The position numbers and the translations under genes were made by a program. From Stylophora pistillata (lineage: Eukaryota), in the NCBI RefSeq assembly GCF_002571385.2, contig NW_019217786.1:1782284-1846283 (forward strand): a DNA stretch of 64,000 bases. The letters run 5' to 3'. Below, piece by piece: positions 1 to 10,875 of the stretch; within the stretch, counting starts at the first letter, position 1, and each line of letters starts with the position of its first letter. Under the pieces are notes generated by a model that saw only the letters and a list, made by a program, of their open reading frames with translations, was not told the origin of the DNA and ran no database searches.

Positions 1-747
1 GTTACGGTGGCCAATTTACCATTTCAACTTTGTTGATATATTCAAATTATCATGTTGAAAGAGCCTTCAGAGTTCTGAATGTCTTATTGGTCTTCGCAGC
101 CTCTCGCTTACTACATTTATAGACAACAAAAGCACCATCCTAGTACTATGAAAATCTTTCAACGTTTGTCCAACGTTTTTCTATTTTATGCACTGTGAAA
201 AAACTATCTATAAAAAAGTTTGAAAACCTCAATTTACCCGAGGTGCGCACGTCAGGGAATAAAAACAATTAGGATACACTAAAATAATGGATAGCGTTGA
301 AGGTGCACTCTGATTGGCTATTGAAACTCCAGATATCCTTTGCTATTCACCTTCGACCAACGCGCGCGACTTTGCGCCCGAAAAAATTGCAGTCGTGGTA
401 GGAATAAATGAGTTAAAATAAATTTTGTGCTATATTATCTCACGGTTTTTTTAATATATGATAACAAAGATTTTCACCCTAGTATCGGTGGCTAGCAGTA
501 GATATTTACCTGGCCGCTTGGCGTTTTGTAAATTTCCACCACTAGCTACCTCCTCTTCGGCGATTGGTCGTTAATTATCATTTCATCTATTTTATCTTTT
601 GCAAATGACACTTAATGACGGTAAATAATATACAGTGATGGTGGATGATGTGCGTTGAGCTTGCCACCAAGGTGCATTACACGGCGAATAAGTAAAATGA
701 AGTACATCAACGACGGTAAAGGATATCAAGTGTCGACAAAAGCGAAT

Positions 748-3093
748 CCTGGTGATCCACCCGTTCCTTGGCATCGCTGGTTCCAAAGTTTTCAAACGTA
801 CTTGGTCGCATGTGGTTTGGACGACAAACCCGTTACTGACGCCCGTCGACGAGCAATTCTTTTACATTGCCTCGGCACCGAAGGTCAGCGCGTATTTTCA
901 TCGCTCAATGCTGGCTCTGATTCGTACGAAGAATCTACAGCCGCCCTCCACCGACATTTCGGGCCCAAACATAGTGTAATTATGTCTCAGTATAAGTTTC
1001 GCCAAAGAAATCAACAGGCCGGCGAATCGGTGATACAGTTCGTCGCGGCGTTGAGGGGACTCGCAACGTTCTGAAATTTTGGAGGCCTGTGTGAAGAAAT
1101 GATACAGGACCAACTGATTGAGAAGACAAGCGTGAAACGGATCCGAGAACGTCTGCTGTTGGAACCAGACTCCCTAACGGTCGAGCGTGCAATTCAGCTC
1201 GCCCTTCAAGTAGAAACGGCCCTGCTGGAAGCTCGCACATTGCAACCGTCCCAAGTTCAACACGTCTCGCGGAAACCTTTCCGTGCTCACGAAGAATCGA
1301 AACACCTTCCCCCTCTAGCAGCTAAGTCATCTTCAGAACGTTGTGGCCGCTCTTCGGGAAAACGGTGCACAAATTGTGGTTCTGGTTCACACAACACACA
1401 TGACAAGGCCTGTCCCGCAGGTGGGGTGCAGTGTCGATCTTGTGGGAAAGCAAATCATTTTGCGAAATGGTGTCCCTCAAAACCAGCTGCAGTGAAACAA
1501 GTTGCTCAAGATCCCAAAAACGACGCGAAGGAGTCCGTAACGGTGTTTAGCCTGCGAAGGGAGACGAACGAAACGGGGTACAAGTCTTGCCAGGTCAGCA
1601 TACAGGATGTGGAGTTAGATCTCCTGATTGATTTGGGTGCAAATGTGTCTATCATCGATGAGTCGACGTTCAAGAAACACTTTTCCTCACAAAAAGCTTG
1701 ATCTGTTCAGCGCCTGGTCTGTTACAACAACGAAGAAATAGAGGTTCTCGGGGTCGTCAAGTTGTCAGTGGAGTACCAAGAACAACGCGTGGAGAGTTTT
1801 CCGTTCTATGTTACCTCGCGCGGAACCAGTCTTATGGGAATTGATCTATTCAACAGAATCGGGTTTCAAGTCACCCATAACGAAGTGCCAGTACTATCCG
1901 TCGACCTTGCTTCAAAGTTTCCTGAAGCTTTTCGAGAGTTTGGTAAAGTTATCGGGTATAATCACCGTCCTAATGTAGAACTCGCTATTTTTAATCAGTG
2001 CTGCGTTGCCCGTGTGCCGTAATTTCCGAGTCCTTACAAGCGCGACTGCTTCGCATGGCTCATGACGGTCATCCCNCGCACATTGCAACCGTCCCAAGTT
2101 CAACACGTCTCGCGGAAACCTTTCCGTGCTAACGGAGAATCGAAACACCTTCCCCCTCTAGCAGCTAAGTCATCTTCAGAACGTTGTGGCCGCTCTTCGG
2201 GAAAACGGTGCACAAATTGTGGTTCTGGTTCACACAACACACATGACAAGGCCTGTCCCGCAGGTGGAGTGCAGTGTCGATCTTGTGGGAAAGCAAATCA
2301 TTTTGCGAAATGGTGTCCCTCAAAACCAGCTGCAGTGAAACAAGTTGCTCAAGATCCCAAAAAGGACGCGAAGGAGTCCGTAACGGTGTTTAGCCTGCGA
2401 AGGGAGACGAACGAAACGGGGTACAAGTCTTGCCAGGTCAGCATACAGGATGTGGAGGTAGATCTCCTGATTGATTTGGGTGCAAATGTGTCTATCATCG
2501 ATGAGTCGACGTTCAAGAAACACTTTTCCTCACAAAAAGCTTGATCTGTTCAGCGCCTGGTCTGTTACAACAACGAAGAAATAGAGGTTCTCGGGGTCGT
2601 CAAGTTGTCAGTGGAGTACCACGAACAACGCGTGGAGAGTTTTCCGTTCTATCTTATCTCGCGCGGAACCAGTCTTAAGGGAATTGATCTATTCAACAGA
2701 ATCGGGTTTCAAGTCACCCATAACGAAGTGCCAGTACTATCCGTCGACCTTGCTTCAAAGTTTCCTGAAGCTTTTCGAGTGTTTGGTAAAGTTATAGGGT
2801 ATGATCACTGTCCTAATGTAGACACCACAGTAAAGCCAGTTTCACAGAAGCTGCGGCGTCTACCCTTTACGTTACGCGAAGAAGTTTCGAAGGAGCTTCG
2901 ACGCCTGGAGGAGATTGATGTTATCAAAAAGATTGATTCATCACCGTGGATCTCAAATCTGGTAGTTGCACCCCGCCCCTCCGGGGAAATTCGTCTTTGT
3001 GTTGATTTGCGGGAAGTCAACAAAGCCATTATTCCTGACAAGTACCCTCTCCCTTCACAGGAAGAACTTATGACAGAGTTTAGCGGTTCCACC
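748..3093 (+). pseudogene. gypsy gag-protease-RT N-terminal pseudo-ORF
   Basis: ORFs 655-1074, 1099-1701 and 1762-2022 share one frame and are separated by single TGA codons; the duplicated copy 2077-3093 continues into the RT N-terminus. Confidence 0.88.
1234..2822 (+). repeat. 746-bp near-identical direct duplication (1234-1979 / 2077-2822)
   Basis: Offset 843 bp, only scattered substitutions; the second copy starts right after a single N at 2076. Confidence 0.95.
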
Positions 3094-3269
3094 AGGATGA
3101 AGAGGATTGATGTTTTCATTGTGCACTTTTACAAGACTTTTTAACATTCAAGAAAGGATGAAGAGAATTAATGAAAGATTGATGTTTTCATTGTACACTT
3201 GTACAAGACTTTTTAACATTCAAGAAAGGATGAACTGCCTCGAAGACTGATTTTGTTCCGTCACTTCCA

Positions 3270-4129
3270 GTACGGTTATAAAGACACTAGAAGAATTGTT
3301 CACCAGATGGAGATTACCAGAAGCTGTCACTACTGACAATGGACCCCAATTCACATCTTTCGAGTTTACTGAATTATTGCGCTGTCAAGGGTTGAACATC
3401 GCGTTACTTCTCTCTACAATCCTCAAAGCAACGGTAGGGTGGAACGGTTCAATAGGACCACGAAGGAGGGAATCCAGGCATCCCTGGCGGAAAGAAAATC
3501 GTTCGCCGAAGCGGTTCGAACCACACTCTGCAACTATCGTGCTACTAAACATGCTCTCACCGGAACATCTCCAGCGGAGTTAATGATTTTCCGAAAGCTT
3601 ATCTTGCCGTTGGATAATTTACAACCCCCTCAAACCTTTCAACACGCGGCTACCCCTCCACAGGCCGAATATGTTGCCACTAAGCAGAAAGCAAATGAAA
3701 TCATACGTGGATACTGAACGCAAAGCCAAGGTTCCCTAAGTTCGATGTTGGTCATTGGGTTAGAGTGAAAAAAAAAACCAGTTCGCGGTCACAAATTGAG
3801 GCCCGTGCTTACTGAACCATTAGAAATCGTGAAGCGCATTGGTCCCTCAACCTTTCAGCTATGAGATGGCACCAAATGGAATGCTCGTAGGTTGGTTCAT
3901 GTATTCAAGGTACCGGTTCCGAGTCCCAACACCGGTAGTTTCATCCATGACGCTCCATTTAGCACCGAGCCTGATCAGAATCTGGATCAACCTCAGACGA
4001 ACCATGATTTTACTCATCAGTTCGGCCCTGCCTGATCTGGAGCCGAACAATTCATGTACTGCTGTTACGCGTCCCCAACGTGACCGACGTTTTCCTGTTA
4101 GACTTAAGGGTTATGAACTCAATTTCTAA
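3270..4129 (+). pseudogene. gypsy integrase core and C-terminal pseudo-ORF
   Basis: LFTRWRLPEAVTTDNGPQFTSFEF, ERFNRTTKEG, YRATKHALTGTSPAELM, and the terminal RPQRDRRFPVRLKGY motif typical of gypsy pol ends; broken by frameshifts. Confidence 0.85.
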
Positions 4130-4172
4130 GTATTTAATGTAGGAACTTAGCTTTTCTGATAATGAGGGAAAA

Positions 4173-4365
4173 TGTAGCATAGCTGTCTGAAGTGTCTGTT
4201 GAAGGTGTTACGCACATACTTGTCAATGTTATGCGCTCTCAATAGTTGTCAATGCTCGTAATTAAGTATGTTAATGTAGACTATATTAAAGACGTGCACT
4301 GTAGTTTGAATTAGAAAGTAATTTGCGCATTTTGAGTGAACATTAAAGTTTTGTTGGATACTACA
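4173..4365 (+). repeat. 3' LTR of the gypsy element (193 bp)
   Basis: Starts TGTAG and ends CTACA (inverted termini); immediately preceded by purine tract GAGGGAAAA (4164-4172); internal ATTAAA at 4342. No matching 5' LTR seen. Confidence 0.75.
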
Positions 4366-4627
4366 TTTGGCAAGAAGACACGCTCGTATATTTGTCCTTG
4401 AACATCATCTGTTCCTCGAAGCTCACAGTTCTCTCCGAGCTTCGCTCTTGAAAACTTGAACTGTTGCTATCATCAGCTGAACAGTTCTCGGCTCAATGGT
4501 TGTACTTAGGTCCCCGCGGCCGGTTTAGGTAATGCCTGGCGATATGCCTGGCAACAAATGTATATTAGTATCAACATTCGTGTCTTTCCACAAGTTTGAC
4601 GACTCGCTCGTGAACAGATATACTCAA

Positions 4628-7600
4628 ATGGCGGAGGGTTCTTCGGCGGGTTTGCACCTTGACGAGGACAGTGGTAATCTGTTAGCTCACCCTATTAATT
4701 AGTGAACGTGAAAGAAAATTTATTATCATGATAATATTAATTTTTTAAGATTCCCCCGGCTTTCTTGTTATTTAGGAGTAATAACGAACTTGACAATTTT
4801 TTAAGCTTCCATGAACCAAATATTTAACAATTTAGCTGAAAAGTTGGTATGTATTATTGAAAGATGCGTTACATCGATGAAAGAGATCGGAACTACATAT
4901 GTTCTTTATTCGTAAGGTCTTCTAATTTTTTTTTGTAGGAGAAACACCAGGTCAACTACTTTTGATGGTATATCAATTTGTGGAAATATAGGTGGTTTGC
5001 AACCAATCTCTAGAGACACAGGTAACAATGATGAAAGGAACAAATGCTGGTGGACGAACAAAAGAAGCTAATGAGATATCTATTGTTTACGTCCAACAAC
5101 ATGGCGGCAATGACGTAACATGCAAACCACCTATTTGTATACTGCTTAATGACATGTTAAAATTTTGCCCCCAGATGTCCCTCCACTAGAGGATATGTCA
5201 GAACTGATTAATCAAGTCAACAAATTACGAGAAAATGTGACAGCTAATCCTTCGTGTGATCAATCGGTAACAACTGAAGACATGCAGCCAAAGAAGAAGG
5301 CAGTGTCCTCTCAGGTAGTCTTGTAGAAGATTTTATTACACGACTCGGGCAGTCAGAAGGCCAATAACTAAAATCAACCAATCAAAATGCTCTATTACAG
5401 GTCAATATTCTCTCAGTATTGGACCGGGCACTGTCCCGAATGGTCCCTAATGATACAGCACTTGTGTCCCTTTGAACTTCAGTCGTATAATAAATCTCTT
5501 ATTAACCAAGCTTGCTCGGGACCATACTGGAAGAATATCGGCCCTCTGTCTTTTTTGTACGGACCTCGCTGCACTTGGTCCGTACTGTCCAGACCTTGGG
5601 CCGCTATTCTCCCTGAGTATGGCCCTCGCGCTTGGTTAATGAGATATATTTATTTAATGTGTGTCCTGTTGATAAGAGTTTAATTTCTGTTTAGCCATTT
5701 GATAGCCATAGTTTTGCTTGTTGAAATGAACTGTGCATAGGGAAGAATAATATCACATTGAAAACAATTTTTTTCAAAAAAGTTACTGTGGATGAATATA
5801 ATATTTATGTTGCATTTGTTAGGGTCACAAGTCTGCTCAAAATGAGAAGGCATTTGGTGGATTCAAGAAAGGTTTTCTGATGAATTCAAAACCTAAAAAG
5901 GAAACCTCCAACCCTATGTCAAAACCTATCAAGAAAGATGCTGATATTCCTGTCATCAAACCCAGAAATCCCAAACAAAAGGGAATGGAAATTCAAGAAG
6001 TTCAAGAGGCAATGAAATCTAGTGGTGAACCAAGCTTGGAAGACAAAGGTCTGGTTAATTTTCCTTAGTGTTCTAAGACAATAATTTTGTCGTAGAAAAC
6101 TTAAGCCAGGGACAGAAAAAAATTAATTTTTCCATGAAAAACTAAGATCATCCAATTATTACCATGATGGATTGGGAGGTGAGGAATGAGGTTGTGAAAT
6201 AACATGTTCCAAGAGGAATTTCATTTGTTCATGTGTAGAGTTTGCAAAATGTCTTAAAATTTTGTTATTGAGTTATTTGCATCTATCCAAATTAGCTTCC
6301 TTATTTTTAGAAAAGGAATCTTCAGTGGTTAAAAAAGAAAGAACAGTTTCCAGCAATTTACTTCTGCTTAAAACACATTAGCTGCCTGCCAATAATCTCA
6401 ACAGACTATCTTGGCTCCTGTCTTGGTTTTCTTGGTGGCAGCTGACTAATTCGCCATTGACACCCATTTATTAGAAAAATTGAGTTAAACTATTGATTCC
6501 TTGCTACTGGAAATATCCAAACCCACTCATTCAAAGATCAATCAAATTTTTGAGGGGGCTGGAAGACTTTAAATCTACCTGAAAGTGTTCAAATTAAAGA
6601 ATGATGTTAAAATGTAATTTTCTGGATAATGGATCGGGGACTCAACTAAAAGATGCTCCTGTGGGAAGGGTACATGTATGTGAATATCTTCTGAAACAAA
6701 AGCAAGTGGTAGGATAGGCTGTGTTATTAAAAAGGAAGTGAAGTCTTAACAATTTGCAAACATTAACTAGTGGTAAGATGGGCTGCATTATTAAAAAGGA
6801 AAGAAATTCACAACAAATTGTAAACATTAACTAGTAAGTAACAAATGTAGAAAGTTACCTTTCTGTTACTGCAGAGAACACTTCTGGTCTATGGAAATTA
6901 TATTTAGGTTGAAGTAATGAATCAGTGTTCTCCTTGTTAAATAATTGTTTTAATTTGTAAAATCTAGACTGGGTTACTGAGGATCTTTTGAAGATAGTTC
7001 AGCATGAACCTGCACTATTAAACAGGCTCATGGATCCTAAGTTTAGAGCAGCTCTGGAACAAGTGGAAACAGATCCTGTGAAAGCATTGTCCATGCTTCA
7101 AAAGGACCCAGAAATGCAGAAAGTCATGCAGGAGTTTGGTGGGCTGATAGGGGATTATTTCACTGCTCTTGGAGATTCCTATGCTAAAGCCGTAAGTGTA
7201 TTGCAGGGGTAGATTGTTATTGGTATATATTCCTCTACTCTTGTTACATTTAAGAGAAAGAACAATTCCAATAATCATGACAGAATCAATTTTGGAGCAC
7301 AGATAAGACATGTTTTCTTTGTCAAAATCTTTTTAACAGCAATGCTTGGCAAAAATCTCACTATTTTACCTGTTACAAAATTAAAGCTGATCTCTTCCTC
7401 ATCCCCCTCCCCTTATCAATGTTATCTGATGCTGGCTCCCTGTAAATTAACAAATGGTACACACCACAGCGTACACTATTGAGTTATGGATGCACGTGGG
7501 AGGTTGCTAAGCACGAAAGAGGCGTAAGAGGCACTCAAGGCGAAAGCCAAGAGCGACTCTAGCTTCTTGAGTGCTTAGCAAACCTCCCAAGTGCATCCAT

Positions 7601-9480
7601 AACTCAATAGTGTACGCTGTGGTGTGTACCATTTGTTTTATAACATAACATTGATACATTGTAGCTAAAGAGTTCCCTTTTATTTAACAAATCTTACATG
7701 ACCAGAAAAAAACAAGCACGCACGGAAAAATAGTCTTTGCATTTGCTCACGTCAGCAGCGTACACCCATGGGCAAATGGGAGATGCTAAATTGACCAATC
7801 AGAGCACGCGCTTTACTTTGGTTATGTTATAAATGGGAATTAGTCATTGATAGGTTACCTCTTCCCTTGTGATTCTGTTGAACTGCTATAATTATAGTAC
7901 TACACCAGAAGTAGGAACTAAGGTCCCTGGGGCCCATTTCTCAAAAGGTAACTTAACAGGCCCAAAGCTATGTTTTAAAATCAAAATTTAAAGGATAGGA
8001 AAACAGGTCCTGACACCCAAAACAGTCCTTTTGCTCTTTAGCTGATAGTTTTATTGTATCATTTTCAAAACTTTTAAAATCCCCATCTTGAATGAAAACA
8101 GAACAGCTTTATTGGTCCATTAAGTTACTGGGACTTTCAAGAAATGGGCCTCAGCCACTTGGCAAGTGGCAACTAACATTACATAATCTTTATTTCTTAA
8201 GATAAAATCACATATCCCAAGTTACAACATAAACACACAAGGGAAACTATTACCTGTCATATTTAAAAATTATCCTATTACTAAAAACGTTCTTAAACCT
8301 TTCAGTGTGGATTCTAGGGACAGAGACTGATATATTTCTAATATTGTACCTCATGTTCTTTTCCTTAGGTAAAAATTGGAAATAAGGGCATTTGGGGTCA
8401 TTTGATCTTTTTTTGTAGTGCCTTGTCCAGCTTCTCTAGCAAATCCCTGATATCTACATTCTTGGACATAGACTTCCTTTTCAAACACCGGCCCAAAAAA
8501 TTCTGTATTATAGAAAGGTCTGAGTCTGAGGCACCATAAATCGCCAGGGCATAAGAAAAATTTGGTAAAACTATAGCATTAAAAAGGTGATCTACTTTCT
8601 CCTGGGACATTCCTCCCTTACGTAAAGATCCTAATATGAATAATGACTTGTTCGCCTTAATTACCTTCGCGCGCACGTGACTACTATATTTACAAGTGGC
8701 CCCAGCCACTTGGCAAGTGAGTTTAAAGTTAGTGTTGAGCCCTGTAAGGTGTAATTTTCCTTGTTTACTCCTTTTGCTTTACATTGCTAAATTTTGTTTT
8801 TTGAGTTGTTTAAAATAGAAAGTAAACGGTGCTCAAGGAAGTGACATTGGCATGACAGAGAGATCAAGAACAAGTCAACAGACTGCTGTACCCCCCTCCC
8901 CAGAGGATGAGGCCAAAATGAGAGATATTTTATCAGACCCAGAAGTGATGGAAGTGCTTCAAGATCATCAAATACAGAGATTATTACCCATGATGAAAAA
9001 CAATCCGGAGGCAGCACAATTGTGAGTTGTGCTACAACTATTGGCTTACTGTTTGAGGCTCAGTAAGATTTTTCAAGTGACACAGATCCCACGGGGGATC
9101 TCCCCAAAGCTACAGTTCAATTCAAATTCTGTTTCCCCACAGTATTCAGTAATTACAGTAAAAATCCACACATTTACTTATAGATTTGGTAGGTGATAAC
9201 TATTACTTGCAGCTTAACTTCAAGAATTATCCCCCTTCCAGTAGATAATCAAGTCAACAATATTCATTTCATCTGTGATGGGAACATATCTAGTGGAAAA
9301 CTTTTGCAATGAATATCAGTCATATTCACCTCCAAGTCTGTGGGTTATGATCATGAACTGTTCTTCATGTTGATAATTTTACTTCTGTCCCTCTACAGGG
9401 AAGTTAACAAAGCTACTCCAGAAATGAGGGCAAAGTTACAGAAACTGGTGGAAGTGGGACTGCTGGGCTTTGCTCAGTGA
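4628..9480 (+). CDS. Uncharacterised STI1/DP-domain protein (about 306 aa, no TPR)
   Basis: Exons 4628-4673, 5175-5314, 5823-6048, 6968-7191, 8819-9021, 9399-9480; all GT/AG, phases compatible, 921 nt. Contains DVPPLEDM, FGGFKKGFL, LMDPKFRAALEQVETDP..KDPEMQKVM and a C-terminal DPEVMEVLQD..NPEAAQ..PEMRAKLQKLVEVGLL resembling the Hop/STIP1 DP2 domain. Confidence 0.85.
4988..5134. mobile_element. MITE in intron 1
   Basis: Perfect 14-bp TIR ATAGGTGGTTTGCA / TGCAAACCACCTAT. Confidence 0.7.
7449..7833. mobile_element. Foldback MITE (long palindrome 7449-7637 plus a second inverted pair)
   Basis: Arms AACAAATGGTACACACCACAGCGTACACTATTGAGTTATGGATGCAC.. and ..GTGCATCCATAACTCAATAGTGTACGCTGTGGTGTGTACCATTTGTT; then TTTATAACATAAC .. 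GTTATGTTATAAA. Confidence 0.8.
7927..8154. mobile_element. MITE
   Basis: Imperfect TIR CTGGGGCCCATTTCTCAAAAG / CTTTCAAGAAATGGGCCTCAG. Confidence 0.65.
8169..8702 (-). mobile_element. 5'-truncated non-LTR retrotransposon (CR1/L2-group ORF2 C-terminus)
   Basis: ORF 8398-8709: HV..KANKSLFILGSLRK.G..LFNAIVLPNFSYA..YG, continuing out of frame into RYNIR..PRIHTERFKNVF; flanked by direct repeat CAGCCACTTGGCAAGTG (8152-8168, 8703-8719). Confidence 0.8.
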
Positions 9481-10875
9481 CCCATCTTAAATTCCTGGAG
9501 CTGAACTCAGATATTATGTACCAAGAGAGCAAAGAGAAATGAGATTATTGTGCTTAAACATTAGAATGGATTTATCCACTGTGCTAACGTACAAAAAACA
9601 ACCTTGTGGATAGTGTCATTTTGATGGTTACTAAGCACTTTATCAATCTTTTAATTCTCAGTACCTTCACAAATCCCCTCACCACTTAAGTCATTAAAGA
9701 AAACTGCTTCAACAATATTTTTCCTTACCGTTACTTACAGTGGCAAAACAACAGATACCTACTGGAGTGCATACCAGGAAACAGACTGTACAAAAACTTA
9801 TTTGGAAAGAAAAAATCCTCTTAAAAGCTACCCATAACTTAACAAATAATCCTTCTGCAATACTCTCCAAGGCCCTATTGCAACTGATTAGGTGGCGAAT
9901 CTGACAACTGTTACACACTACTATTAGCATGGGCAAGCAAGTGAAGTAAACATGTTTTTGATAAGCAGATCTACGAATGAACACGGGAAAGTGTCCACTA
10001 TTTGTGACTAGAAGCTTTTAACCTTGTAGAGGTTACACATTCCTGTTGTGACTGAATGAGTTTGAAATTCCTTTTTAAACTGAGTGGCACTCTGACTGCA
10101 TTAAATACAAAAGAGTAAGAGTGCCCACAGTGTTACAATCATCATGTTGATAATAAAGTTGAGATTAATGCATCATAGGATATATCATTTTTCTGCATTT
10201 AATTATCAATAACAAATAGTGAAGATGTATAGAAAACAAGGGCTCTCTTCAAGAGGAAAATTAATCTTTATGCACATTAAAATATAAGAGGTCAATAAAA
10301 ATTGATTCTTTAAATGAAGGCGTCAATTTAGGATTAGAAAAGAACTTTATTAGTTAGCCTGCCTTGTAGAACAGAAATAATTATTTTGCTTTGGTGGCAT
10401 CTGTAACATCAATGTTTTGGGTCAACACAATTTGGGCTACAATCTCTGTAAAATAAGACCATTTCTGGCCACTAATGACACTTAACACAGGTAATAACAA
10501 TTCTCTAGCAATCCAGTAATTTTTTTCCTTTGATCACTACCAAGATTATGGATAAGAAATAAAGAGGGGGAGTATTTTTAAATAATTAACAGTAGATCCT
10601 GTATACTTTTACAAAACTCTACAGCTCCAACTTATTGTTATTCAAAATTCAAAATAGTTATTACATTTCCATCCCAAGTCAACCAGTTTTGTTGAAAGTG
10701 TGATGCACTTAAAGAAAACAGGACAAGCTGCCATGTTGATTTTGTTCATTTGTGACATCTTGCAGTCCACAAAATACAATAGAAAACTAGTGGTTAACAC
10801 TTATTCCAAGCTGATAACATAGCCAGTTGATTCTCCAGCAGTAACTTAGATGAGTTGAAATGTTTTCTTCAACAT

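Larger units (their letters stand above)
748..4365 (+). mobile_element. Degenerate Ty3/gypsy LTR retrotransposon (gag-protease-partial RT-partial integrase, 3' LTR only)
   Basis: Gag N-terminus PGDPPVPWHRWFQSFQTYL..LLHCLG; zinc knuckles CTNCGSGSH..CP and CRSCGKANHFAKWC; protease LIDLGANVSII; RT start SPWISNLVVAPRPSGEIRLCVDLREVNKAIIPDKYPLP; integrase core TTDNGPQFTS and YNPQSNGRVERFNRT. In-frame TGA stops at 1072, 1699 and 2542, frameshifts in the integrase, most of RT/RNase H missing. Confidence 0.93.

Noticed and set aside
1072-1074. In-frame TGA as programmed readthrough or selenocysteine
   Set aside because: It falls where gypsy Gag usually has Cys (LA..C.FG) in an element with several other lesions; a simple nonsense mutation.
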